Positions 10,276 through 20,190 of a stretch of 64,000 bases of DNA are shown piece by piece. The stretch is from a virus. Numbering within the stretch: the stretch's first letter is position 1; each line of letters opens with the position of its first letter. Under the pieces are notes generated by a model. That model searched no databases and was not told the origin of the DNA. It saw only the letters and a list, made by a program, of their open reading frames with translations. The position numbers were made by a program, and so were the translations under genes. Where the stretch lies: positions 122,824 to 186,823 of the IMG/VR virus record IMGVR_UViG_3300044695_006747; one strand, written 5' to 3'.

Positions 10276-10584
10276 TTATTTTTGAGGTTTGAGTATATAC
10301 TTACTATAGTATACACTACAATCTTCGACTACATTAATATTCCAGCTTTTGTAGTCCATAAAGTGACCAAATACAATATGACAAGGATCTGAACACAGAG
10401 TAATTAAATTGCTTGGATCTAACTCTCTGTCTGGATTAAGATGCACAGGCTCAATATGATGAACCTCAACGTTTTTTGACCTTCCGCAAGCCGCACATTT
10501 AGGATTTTGTTGTAGATGTTGTTTCCTAATCTTGGGCCATTTGCTTGATCTTGTAGCATATCTTATATTGAATATGCCAAACAT
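10276..10584 (-). CDS. HNH endonuclease
   Basis: CAACG...VEVHHI...NLITLC..CH. Confidence 0.85.
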   Translation of the reverse strand: MFGIFNIRYATRSSKWPKIRKQHLQQNPKCAACGRSKNVEVHHIEPVHLNPDRELDPSNLITLCSDPCHIVFGHFMDYKSWNINVVEDCSVYYSKYILKPQK

Positions 10585-10950
10585 TTATTTTAAAATATCT
10601 AAATATTTTGTTTTATTTTTATATCCTATAATTTTTTTTATCTGTTTACCTTTAGATATTATTCTTGTATCTGGAATAATTGATACATTATTTTCTATTT
10701 TTAATTTTTGATTATTTTCAATATCTATTATACATATAATTTTATTTTCAATATTCATAGTTTCTAAATCTTTTTTTAATATTTCACAATAAGAACATTT
10801 TTCTGAACTAAAAATTAGTAATATATCATGATCTATTTGTTTTTGAAGAACAACAGCTTCTTCCAGACTATTTACATATACTGGAGGATGTGCGTGTGTG
10901 ATAGTTGATAAACAAAATAAGTATACAAAACCTAAAAAATATTTTCTCAT
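10585..10950 (-). CDS. Thioredoxin-like protein with signal peptide
   Basis: Hydrophobic N-terminus, CSYC motif, IIPDT cis-Pro region. Confidence 0.7.
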   Translation of the reverse strand: MRKYFLGFVYLFCLSTITHAHPPVYVNSLEEAVVLQKQIDHDILLIFSSEKCSYCEILKKDLETMNIENKIICIIDIENNQKLKIENNVSIIPDTRIISKGKQIKKIIGYKNKTKYLDILK

Positions 10951-11837
10951 AGTGATCCTATAACCCTTCCTTTGGTTGTACGATTAACAAATCCTTTTCT
11001 AACAAGATATGGCTCTATACTATTTTCGATTGTTTCTATTGCTATGCCAGTGATGGATGAAATAGATTTTAATCCTAATGGGGATCCTTTAGACTTTTTA
11101 AGAACATCAATATACATTCTATCGTAAATATCTAGTCCTAATTTGTCAATTCCTTGTACTTCAAAAATTTTGTCTATACTAGTTTCGGTTGGATTGCACA
11201 ATTTATAGTTTTTATACCATTGTAGTCTAGCATTTAAAATTCTTGGAGTGCCTTTGCTTCTTTTAGCAATTTCCAAAAGGTCTTGATCGTCTATGACTAT
11301 TCCCAACTTATTAGCATTCAATCCTGCTAGTTTAGCTAGATCATTGTCGCTATAAAAAGATAGATGTTCTTTGATTTGAAAACGATCATAAAATGGTTGA
11401 CTTAAACTACCACCGCTAGTTGTCGCTCCCACCAAAGTAAATGCTGGAATTTCAATTTCTTCTGGTTCTGTTTCTAGAACTATATTTACTACAAAATCTT
11501 CCATTACAGGATACAAAAATTCTTCTACAATTTTTGGCAATCTGTGAATTTCGTCAATAAATAGTACTGATCGCTTTGTCATTCTCAGTAGATATGGTAA
11601 AACGCTTTTAACACTTCTTAAATTTGCCGCATTAGCAGTATACAAATTAACATTTAATTCAGACGCAATAGCACTTGCTATTGTTGTTTTTCCAAGACCC
11701 GGAGGACCGTCGATTAAAACGTGAGGAAGTATTGTTTCTTCGTCTTTAGCACCGGCTATAGATACTCTAAGTCTAGAGATAACATCTCCCTGTCCAATAA
11801 TTTCATCAAAGGTTGTTGGTCTAATTTTATTTGACAT
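10947..11837 (-). CDS. ruvB: Holliday junction branch migration helicase RuvB-like AAA+ ATPase (start moved to MSNKIRPT)
   Basis: RPTTFDEIIGQ, GPPGLGKTT, LFIDEIHRL, FTLVGATT, RSKGTPRI, EPYL...RTTKGR. Confidence 0.93.
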   Translation of the reverse strand: MSNKIRPTTFDEIIGQGDVISRLRVSIAGAKDEETILPHVLIDGPPGLGKTTIASAIASELNVNLYTANAANLRSVKSVLPYLLRMTKRSVLFIDEIHRLPKIVEEFLYPVMEDFVVNIVLETEPEEIEIPAFTLVGATTSGGSLSQPFYDRFQIKEHLSFYSDNDLAKLAGLNANKLGIVIDDQDLLEIAKRSKGTPRILNARLQWYKNYKLCNPTETSIDKIFEVQGIDKLGLDIYDRMYIDVLKKSKGSPLGLKSISSITGIAIETIENSIEPYLVRKGFVNRTTKGRVIGSL

Positions 11838-11848
11838 ATTTTCTCCAA

Positions 11849-12259
11849 TTAGTCTGTTTCGGGTTTTTCTTCTTCTTTTATCCAAAATACAAAATCATTC
11901 GCTTCATCGTCAAAAGCTGTTTCTATCAGTCCTTTTTGCACCAAACCACTAACTATATTGCTGACCATCCTATCATTCAGGCGATATATTATATCGGCAA
12001 AAATAGAATCATTTATCGTGTATCGTATTTGATTTGTTTTTTTGTTTTTTTGTTTCTTAACCAGTTCTTTGATAATGACCAATGATTCTTGATGAGATAA
12101 TATCTTATCTAGTTCTTCCTGTTCGCTTTCAACAACATCATCTATTAAGATATCTAAATTATCTGGATTGTTCCAGACTCCAAAATTATTGTAAACTATG
12201 GCTCTGGCTTTATCTGTAAAATTGTCTAAATCTGGAACTACAAACCATGTTTCACTCAT
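11849..12259 (-). CDS. Hypothetical protein
   Basis: ORF packed into the minus-strand gene run. Confidence 0.6.
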   Translation of the reverse strand: MSETWFVVPDLDNFTDKARAIVYNNFGVWNNPDNLDILIDDVVESEQEELDKILSHQESLVIIKELVKKQKNKKTNQIRYTINDSIFADIIYRLNDRMVSNIVSGLVQKGLIETAFDDEANDFVFWIKEEEKPETD

Positions 12260-12267
12260 CTTGATTT

Positions 12268-12672
12268 CTAATTGAGAATATCAAATAGTCCTTTGTAATA
12301 TTTTGGTTGATTAATAAAATGAACAGCATGAGATTGCAAATGTGCTTTGTATGCTGAGTTTATAGGATCAGCAACCCAATATTTTGTTTTCCAAATTGGT
12401 TCATTTGCATAATTGGATCCCAAATACTGGAGTTTGTCTTTTCCTCCAGTATTGGGATTCCAACTATTCACAGGAAACACTATCATCTTATCGAAGTCAT
12501 AATCTTTTTTAAAGATATCGTTGATCATTTTGCTTATCCATTCAGACAACGGAGAGTTTTGATTCATATCAAATTTGAAATAAAACTTATATGGATCATA
12601 CTGATCACTATAATCATTATTATAGTAGTCATCATCGTATTCGTCATCTTCGTCATCGTATGGATCTTGCAT
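12268..12672 (-). CDS. Hypothetical protein with acidic D/E/Y-rich N-terminus
   Basis: MQDPYDDEDDEYDDDYY. Confidence 0.6.
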   Translation of the reverse strand: MQDPYDDEDDEYDDDYYNNDYSDQYDPYKFYFKFDMNQNSPLSEWISKMINDIFKKDYDFDKMIVFPVNSWNPNTGGKDKLQYLGSNYANEPIWKTKYWVADPINSAYKAHLQSHAVHFINQPKYYKGLFDILN

Positions 12673-12675
12673 TTT

Positions 12676-13821
12676 TCATCCTATACAAAATTGGTCACTT
12701 AGTTGGTTAGCAAGGTCTTTGGCCGCACTACTCAGAAAGCGATTGTTGCTGAAATACAACGCTGTGGACGCTTGGTTTAGGTAGTCAACGACCGTTTTTA
12801 AAAGTTTGGTCTGCTGACCGCTCAGATTTAAACAATCGCCTCCACGACACGCTGGCTGAACCATTTCGGGATCACCATAAGCCTTTTCTGGCATACCATC
12901 ATCCTCGTCATTTAGATCATCATTATTGTATGACTTATTGTGAGGATCATTTACTAGTGTGCTAAGAATCTGCTTGGCAACGTCTATTGGCACTGGTAGA
13001 TTATTAGCATCAGCCTGTTTGTAAGCCTTGGCATAACCCTTGTACCATTCGTCGCTGCACTTTGCAGGATCAATAACAATATTGGTTGTTTGACCAGTAA
13101 GAGCAGATTGCAAATCAGCCACATTAATTACATCCCCAGTTGATCCTGGCAGCATACTGGTAAAGTAAGGAGCCTTCCCCTCCCAACCCTTACGCCACCA
13201 AGTATAAGGAACACGATAAATCTGATTGGCCTTGATCGCTCGTGGATCACCACCAAAGTAATTTACTAGTTTCTTCTGTAGGCCATTCCAGTATGTCTTA
13301 TTTTTACCAACAAGTTGTCGAGACTTGTCATCAAAAAGCCAGTAGCACTGATAACCATTACGAGTATCAACTACCCAACTAGGCTTAACCGGAAAGTTGT
13401 TAATCTTTTCAAGAAATCTCTTCTTATGCTGCATCACAACACTAGGCTTAAAGTATTTACCCTCGCTGTCTCGACCAGCATCCATATCACAAAAGCAACA
13501 AGTAAACTGATCGATATGGAAAAGTTTACGACCACCATTCACATAAAAGTAAACATCAGAACCTTTGTTTTGATTAGCATCTAAAACCTCATCAAGACCA
13601 TCATCAAGACTATTAGTATGACTCATGCTACTAATCTTCTTACGAGGATTGCCGTTATAAACCAAGATATTATTTTGCTTGAAAGAAGTCAAAAATTTTT
13701 GACGAGCATGAGCATATCCATTAGCGTGAACATTGTTATTCTTATCAAACGGATTAAAACCAAGATTATCGCTAAACATTTCTTTACCTATTTCTTCTGT
13801 GAACCTATATTGGGGTGGCAA
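12676..13821 (-). CDS. RepB-like DNA primase (primase-polymerase superfamily)
   Basis: YFYVNGG, FCDMD, PSWVVDTRNGYQCYW, GGDP...NQIYRVP. Confidence 0.65.
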   Translation of the reverse strand: MPPQYRFTEEIGKEMFSDNLGFNPFDKNNNVHANGYAHARQKFLTSFKQNNILVYNGNPRKKISSMSHTNSLDDGLDEVLDANQNKGSDVYFYVNGGRKLFHIDQFTCCFCDMDAGRDSEGKYFKPSVVMQHKKRFLEKINNFPVKPSWVVDTRNGYQCYWLFDDKSRQLVGKNKTYWNGLQKKLVNYFGGDPRAIKANQIYRVPYTWWRKGWEGKAPYFTSMLPGSTGDVINVADLQSALTGQTTNIVIDPAKCSDEWYKGYAKAYKQADANNLPVPIDVAKQILSTLVNDPHNKSYNNDDLNDEDDGMPEKAYGDPEMVQPACRGGDCLNLSGQQTKLLKTVVDYLNQASTALYFSNNRFLSSAAKDLANQLSDQFCIG

Positions 13822-13941
13822 CCTCTACCACCATTAGCAATATAAAATAGCGGGAGGGAATCGAACCCTCTCAAATAGCGTGTATATCATTCGATACCAG
13901 AGGCTATTATCTTAGTCCCCAGACTCCACTAATTCTTTTAA

Positions 13942-14817
13942 TCAACCAGGGTACGAGTTGTCGTAATCGTCCTCGTCCTCATAATCCTCATCTTCATCTT
14001 CGTCATCAAACTGATCCCAGTAATCATCACGGATATCATAGTCCTCATCCTCGTCATCATAACCAGCATACTCATCCTCTGAGAATGTTGCCGAATACAA
14101 CGGCTTGAGAAGTTCTCCTTGATATTCACCAACCACAAGATATTCGCATGTGCGAAGTTTCTCACAGTTACAATCACTAGGAACACTCACAACGTCCTTG
14201 GGATTAATCTTGACGATCACAATCTTGTCGCCGCTCTCAAGACTACCATAACCAGCAACATAGTTCAATGCACCAGCATGAAGTCCATCAGAACAACCTC
14301 GACTACGATCATCATCAACCTTTGCTCTGGTCATCTTGCAGATGTTACCAACGCTATTGTCAAATACTCCACGATACTTATCCTTGTAGTCATTCCTGAC
14401 TGCCTTATAAGCAAGGAAACAACCATCCTCAGTAATGGGCAGATGCTCATGCTCAAGGAAATCATACAGTTCCTTTTGACTCTGCATACTAGGATTATCC
14501 ATAAGATTATTCAGGAAATTAACTAGGGGCTGAAAAGGCAGACCCTTGCTCATGAACTCCAGAATACGCTTACTGATACTACCATGAACAACCTCGCCCT
14601 CATAAGTGACTTGGCCGTTCTTAATCTCCACAAGACCATCACTAAAAGTAGCAACAGCCTTTTCAACATCCACAATCTCCAAGAGTTCATCAGCGTTTGC
14701 AGTTGGCAACGCCTCAAGAATCATCTTGTAATTAATATGATCCGGCAAAACCTGATACGTCCTGTTGTTAAGAACAAGCGTAAGATTACCATCAACCCAC
14801 ATAAAAGGAACACTCAT
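13942..14817 (-). CDS. rIIB: rIIB-like protector from prophage-induced early lysis (start moved to MSVPFMW, GGAG RBS)
   Basis: FLAYKAVR, DNSVG, CSDGLHAG, VKINPKDVVSVP, KLRTCEY; directly downstream of rIIA; acidic tail. Confidence 0.8.
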   Translation of the reverse strand: MSVPFMWVDGNLTLVLNNRTYQVLPDHINYKMILEALPTANADELLEIVDVEKAVATFSDGLVEIKNGQVTYEGEVVHGSISKRILEFMSKGLPFQPLVNFLNNLMDNPSMQSQKELYDFLEHEHLPITEDGCFLAYKAVRNDYKDKYRGVFDNSVGNICKMTRAKVDDDRSRGCSDGLHAGALNYVAGYGSLESGDKIVIVKINPKDVVSVPSDCNCEKLRTCEYLVVGEYQGELLKPLYSATFSEDEYAGYDDEDEDYDIRDDYWDQFDDEDEDEDYEDEDDYDNSYPG

Positions 14818-14843
14818 TTGTTTTCTCCTGTTCTCCTGTGAAA

Positions 14844-17489
14844 TCAACCTATAATTTGACCGAATTGAACCCTCAACTTATCAACATCATTAATCACACT
14901 AAACCAACCATTGACATTACTACCATAATAATCACGATTTCTATCATTTTGCTTGAGAGGATTAACATTTCTCAATTCTCTCAAATTGCCACTAACAGGC
15001 ATAACACATATAGTATACTTCAGTATCGGATTGTTGTCAAGTTCCGCTTTAATCGTTTTTCTAAGATCAGCGATCTTTGGAGCAACATACTCATTGTCAG
15101 AATCTGCCTTCTTAAAAATTTTCTTGTATTGTGAAACCTTTTCGTTTTCATAGATACTATCAATGATACGATTGATCTGATTATAGATAACATTAGCATC
15201 TTTAATCTTGGCACTATCAAGACCATTGATTCCAAAATCGCTCAATAGTTTAGTCATGTGACCATAGTAGTCATCCTTATTAAACTTTTTGATATCAAAT
15301 TCGCTACGATGAATAGTATCAGCAAAGAACTCCAAAGTCATCAGACTATCTAGAGTTTGCACAATATCCTTGTTATTGATAAAGTCAGCATACTCAAGTC
15401 CGAACATATTAAGCATATGAAATAGGAACTGTCGATCCACATATCCTTGACCATAGCCATGATTCATCTTATCATCTGAGTTATATTCAGAACGACACTG
15501 TTCTACAAGATTATTAAACTGATAAATATCCTTGAACTTACTATCATTAAGTTTCTTCAAGCGAGTCTTGAACCAAGTGTTAAAATCCACAAGGTTGTAC
15601 CCCTCCTTGATTAAACGATCCACCACTCCATGCTTGATAGCATAAATATTTGTATCATCAAATATCTTGTACTTCTCAAAGAAGTCTTTGTGGCTATACA
15701 AACCGTTGATGGAAGGATAATCAGTAGTAGCAGTAGCATATCTCAGGATAGGAATATACACAATCTCGTCTGCATCTTCTAGATCATTAAGACTATCAAC
15801 ACTAAGACTGTGCATATAGGAAGCATCATTATAGTCATAGTTTAGCGGACTAGTATTCTTCAGATCACCAAAGATCAAGAAAATATCTTGGTCACTAACA
15901 CTACCCTTACTACCCTTACTACCCTTGGCTTTAGGAGTTGACTTAATAAGATCACGATACTCTGACACATCTAGAATATTCTTTTCACCAACATCAGCAA
16001 CAAGATCAGCAAAGTTATTCTTTACATCAGTATGATCTTTAGCATTAACCATAAGATATGCGAAACAATCATTCTGATTGCAATACTTTGTCACAATCTT
16101 TTTGGCTGTTTCAGTAGCACTAATGTCGCACCAGAAGAAAATCATCTGACCAGACTTTCTGCCGGAAGTGTTCCAATAGTTATATCCCTTGCCAGTAAGA
16201 GTATCGTGGTGGATTCTGTCTGTCATATAAACCATACGACGAGAACGATAGCCCGATGTTCTGTAATTGAACACATACAGATTCTCATCCTTCTTGAGTT
16301 TATACTCAATATCTTGACCACTAGAAATATCGTGAATTTTGCCAGCGGGATCAGTCCAACTAGCACCAACTCCCCAACCACCAGCAAGATCGTTCATCTG
16401 ATAATAAGTGCTGATCGCTTCGATCTTGGTCTTGGCGGTAGCAATCTTGTCGCTAAAATTCTTCTTGAGTTCCAAGAAAATATCTTGGGTCTTTTCCCTA
16501 AGAGCCTTTACAACACCCTTAGTATACTGTAGACCCTCTCGACTAACATCCATCTCAAGTTCACCAATATTGAAATCAAGTTCAAGATAAAGACCCTGAC
16601 CAATGATTTCACCAACGAAAGCCTTCCACGAAGCAATGTCGGCCTTATTGAAAGCACGATTCCACTTAGCGATATGATCTGGTGTTTCGGCCTTTTCCTC
16701 ACCAATAAGATGAGAAACCTCAACAGGATATGCGATATTACCCATCAGAGCAATAACGCCACTCTGAATACGATGGTAATTGTTCGGAAACTTATTATTA
16801 TCGTTATTGAGTCGGCAAACACGCCACCCATCACCATCAATAACAACATTTCGCTGGCTATATTCCTTGGTAAAATCCCAATGAACGCCGCCATTAATAA
16901 TGGGCTTCATTCGGAAATAATGAAAAACCCTAATAGCCTTCTGACTAAACTCTTGGAAATCATATTGCTTAACAGCAAAACTAATCTCCAAACCATTAGG
17001 CTCAGTAGTATCTGTAGAATGAATAAGATTCAACGTAGGCACACCCGCATCATCAATAGCAGCAATATAAGTATACTGCTTACCATTGAAATAAGAGGTT
17101 GTGGTAAAACTCTTAGTATAAGCAAACGGACTCTTAGACCCTAGACCAAGACAGCCCACAAAATCGTTACTATCATTTTTATTGCTAGCACCATAAGTAG
17201 TATACAGACTCTCCATGTCTGCCTGACTAAGACCAGTGCCGTAATCACGCACACTGAAATTAGGATCAGCAGCAGTTGGCAACTTTACAAGAAAAGGATT
17301 CTTGTTGCCTGCACCAACATGAGAGTCATAAGCATTTGTGGCAAGTTCACGAATAACTGCCATTACTTTGTCGGAATAAAGAGAATCCGACAAAATCTTA
17401 AACATTTTGCTAGTTTGAGCAATCGTAAACTGATTCGACGCACTAATACCAGCACTGTGAACCTCAACCGTTCGATCCGCAAGTTTCAT
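14844..17489 (-). CDS. rIIA: rIIA-like protein with an N-terminal GHKL/Hsp90-type ATPase domain
   Basis: IRELATNAYDS, VRDYGTGLS, GCLGLGSKS, SREGLQY; paired with rIIB. Confidence 0.85.
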   Translation of the reverse strand: MKLADRTVEVHSAGISASNQFTIAQTSKMFKILSDSLYSDKVMAVIRELATNAYDSHVGAGNKNPFLVKLPTAADPNFSVRDYGTGLSQADMESLYTTYGASNKNDSNDFVGCLGLGSKSPFAYTKSFTTTSYFNGKQYTYIAAIDDAGVPTLNLIHSTDTTEPNGLEISFAVKQYDFQEFSQKAIRVFHYFRMKPIINGGVHWDFTKEYSQRNVVIDGDGWRVCRLNNDNNKFPNNYHRIQSGVIALMGNIAYPVEVSHLIGEEKAETPDHIAKWNRAFNKADIASWKAFVGEIIGQGLYLELDFNIGELEMDVSREGLQYTKGVVKALREKTQDIFLELKKNFSDKIATAKTKIEAISTYYQMNDLAGGWGVGASWTDPAGKIHDISSGQDIEYKLKKDENLYVFNYRTSGYRSRRMVYMTDRIHHDTLTGKGYNYWNTSGRKSGQMIFFWCDISATETAKKIVTKYCNQNDCFAYLMVNAKDHTDVKNNFADLVADVGEKNILDVSEYRDLIKSTPKAKGSKGSKGSVSDQDIFLIFGDLKNTSPLNYDYNDASYMHSLSVDSLNDLEDADEIVYIPILRYATATTDYPSINGLYSHKDFFEKYKIFDDTNIYAIKHGVVDRLIKEGYNLVDFNTWFKTRLKKLNDSKFKDIYQFNNLVEQCRSEYNSDDKMNHGYGQGYVDRQFLFHMLNMFGLEYADFINNKDIVQTLDSLMTLEFFADTIHRSEFDIKKFNKDDYYGHMTKLLSDFGINGLDSAKIKDANVIYNQINRIIDSIYENEKVSQYKKIFKKADSDNEYVAPKIADLRKTIKAELDNNPILKYTICVMPVSGNLRELRNVNPLKQNDRNRDYYGSNVNGWFSVINDVDKLRVQFGQIIG

Positions 17490-17520
17490 TTTGTTTCTCC
17501 AAGTGTCCTGTGATGCTCCT

Positions 17521-17548
17521 AGTATACATCGTCAATCCGCGTTGTCAA
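17521..17548 (-). promoter_or_regulatory. Promoter TTGACA-N16-TATACT upstream of rIIA
   Basis: TTGACA ACGCGGATTGACGATG TATACT. Confidence 0.75.
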
Positions 17549-17815
17549 CATTACGCTTTCTGGATTGCAAGATTTCTTTCATTTTCATTGTCGCAAAAGT
17601 TCCCGCAAACGCACCTAAAAATAGTGGAATAACATAGATCATATTTTGACTAAAACTAACCACACCAAATGCTGACAAAGAAGTTATCATTCCGGCCATA
17701 AAAGATGACATTAAATTTTGTCTAGATTCTATGCAAAGTATATAATAAGCATAGAACATATCCAATATAAAATATGTAGCAAATATTAGTAGAGCAATAT
17801 TTATATCAAATTGAT
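17532..17815 (-). CDS. Small multi-pass membrane protein (start approximate)
   Basis: Three hydrophobic segments within the MTITNQF...ATMK part of ORF 17532..17882. Confidence 0.55.
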
Positions 17816-18160
17816 TCGTTATTGTCATCTTCCCAAAAGTCATCCTCTTTTGATGCCCAATGTTCATCGCTATCATTATCATAATTATCTTCTAAATCCT
17901 CATCATCTTCTTCTTCTGCTAACATAATAGTAAAGTTATTTAATATTTCAAGCATCATATCAACTTTAAATGATATATCTTTAACCTGCTTTTTGACATC
18001 ATTTATTTCCTTTAATATTTTTTCGTGATCTTTTTCCAGATTCGTAATGTCTCTAACAAATAATTTATCAGACTGATTGATTTTTTTAATTACATCATCA
18101 AATTCTTTTGACATCACATTCTCCTTATTTAAGGAAATATTATCTCACTAATTAATACAC

Positions 18161-18694
18161 CTAATCAATACAATCACACTCATACTTTTCACAGTATGAA
18201 CATTTTGGGCCAGGATCGGGATTTGCCCAAGCATTACTATTGCCATCGAAACTTTCTTTGCCAGTATCTATGCACACAACTCGTTTCTTTCTACCTCTTT
18301 TTACAACCCCGACATTATACCAATGACAATCCCAGAATTTTAGTCCAGTTTTAGTATAAATTTCATCTACTAAACATTGAATATCGGCCATACTAATTTT
18401 GGTATTAGCAGTATGAGTTTTAGCCAATTCTGTTACATATCCCCAATCACTAGGTTCTGGTTGATAAAGATCATCTTCTGGTGCAAATTCTAGTCTACAG
18501 ATTTCGCTATAGATTTTTGGCGCTAGATCAAATTTGGCTAATTTCTTATGATATCTATAAGATTCTTGTGCTTTCTTTTTATTACGAAACTCTTTGAATA
18601 CTAAATCTTTCTTATCTTTAATAGGATATACTTGACAATACCCACCCTCATCAAACCAATCGCTATAATCTATTAGATAATCAGAATTAATCAT
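18161..18694 (-). CDS. Protein-kinase-like fold protein
   Basis: Gly-rich EGGYCQVY, VFKEF lysine, DCHWYNV catalytic loop, CIDTG. Confidence 0.7.
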   Translation of the reverse strand: MINSDYLIDYSDWFDEGGYCQVYPIKDKKDLVFKEFRNKKKAQESYRYHKKLAKFDLAPKIYSEICRLEFAPEDDLYQPEPSDWGYVTELAKTHTANTKISMADIQCLVDEIYTKTGLKFWDCHWYNVGVVKRGRKKRVVCIDTGKESFDGNSNAWANPDPGPKCSYCEKYECDCID

Positions 18695-19623
18695 AAGTTT
18701 TATCTACTATAATAGAACCCATAATTTCTTGAGCCACATGAATGGCTTCATTTAAGTCAGATGTTTCACATAACTTAATTGGGCCTTTTGGAATATCAAT
18801 CCAGTATGATCCATATACTCCATAAAAAACATTTCCCAAAGCATGATCGTGCATTAGAAAATCAGTAGCGTCATGGAAAATATCCAAATACCATTCCCCA
18901 TACTCATCCTGAACTTCTTTTACTGTATCAACTAAAAGAAAGCGAAAATTAGGATGTTTAAAATCTGGATCACTATAAACTACTCCTCTATAAAATTTAT
19001 TTGGTAAACTTACCATAGTGATTGTATCCCTTCCAATCTCCGGTTAAAAATTCTTGTCTATTAGAATAGAGAGGCACAACTTTCTCATCGGCGTTATGAG
19101 GATTATCCATTATTCTCAAATCGTAAAGATCGTGTCTTTCATTTATAAGACCATAAGCAACAGGGTTATCAAACACAGCAAGAAGTTTATTGTATTCTTG
19201 TTTTAGTCTGCTAAGTTCTTGTTCACAACTAAACCATCTTTGTGAATCACTACTATCTTCTCTGAGTTTTTGTAGTTCATCTTTAGCATTATTTACCACA
19301 AAACGATCAGCACCACTTGCCCAAGCAAATTCGATTAGAAAATCAATAGGATTGGCATTTTCATTCATTTCAGACAAATCCTATGCGAGTTTTTTCTGTG
19401 GTAACAACAGCCTCTATCTCAGAAGAGTTAAAAGTTTCCGTACAATATGATCGACCATTCCACCAACCACACTTATAAGTAATAGAATGATTGGGGCCGA
19501 TACTAACACAAATAATACTTCCATGAACATCATCTGTCAACTTAACTTTGGTTCCAATATTGTAAAATTCTAGAGAGTTTTTGCTCATTTGTTTTCCTTG
19601 TTCTTCAAAGGTTTTGAAATAAG

Positions 19624-19696
19624 TAGGAGCGATGGGATTCGAACCCATACTTGCGAAATTTTAAGTCTCGTGTCTCTGCCGTTGGACTACGCTCCC
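19624..19696 (-). tRNA. tRNA-Leu(UAA) with a short variable loop
   Basis: GGGAGCG/CGCTCCT acceptor, A73, loop CT-TAA-AA, T-arm ATGGG TTCGAAT CCCAT. Confidence 0.85.
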
Positions 19697-19700
19697 ATAA

Positions 19701-19781
19701 GGTAATCGACTACAACAATACAAGTCTGAGGTTGATTATGCTTGTGTGCCTCATCCATTATAACTGTTGTAGCCGACTACC
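19701..19781 (-). ncRNA. Candidate structured RNA closed by a 19-bp stem
   Basis: GGTAGTCGGCTACAACAGT pairs fully with ATTGTTGTAGTCGATTACC, including 3 G-U pairs that work only on the minus strand. Confidence 0.55.
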
Positions 19782-19802
19782 GTTTATTTAAACAATCGAC
19801 TC

Positions 19803-20090
19803 TCAGCCGTTATTGTGAGCCTTGAGGCGACGAACAATCTCAGCCATAGCCTCGACGTTATCAACCGTCCTAGCAGGCTTCGCACGTTCCATAGCGGGCA
19901 GTTCAATACCCTTCTTAGCAAGATCGGCCTTTACGCGAGCGTAACGAGCCGCTGTGCTTGCAACCTTCTGACCAGTCTTAGTAGCAATCTCAGCATAAGT
20001 CTTGCTGCTAAAAACAGCCTCAAGAAATGCCTCATCGCTGCAACGAACACGGGTCTGCTTCTCAACATTAGTAACTTCAGCCATAATCAA
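19803..20090 (-). CDS. Hypothetical helical (possibly HTH-like) protein
   Basis: Own promoter at 20163-20190 and GGAGG RBS. Confidence 0.65.
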   Translation of the reverse strand: MIMAEVTNVEKQTRVRCSDEAFLEAVFSSKTYAEIATKTGQKVASTAARYARVKADLAKKGIELPAMERAKPARTVDNVEAMAEIVRRLKAHNNG

Positions 20091-20162
20091 CCTCCAAATC
20101 TTAAAACATCAACAGTCTTTGCGAGTCAGTCACGCGACCGATCCTCTCGCTTGGACTCTCCT

Positions 20163-20190
20163 ATTCTATCATCTTTCATCGGCTTGTCAA
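20163..20190 (-). promoter_or_regulatory. Promoter TTGACA-N16-TAGAAT
   Basis: TTGACA AGCCGATGAAAGATGA TAGAAT. Confidence 0.7.
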
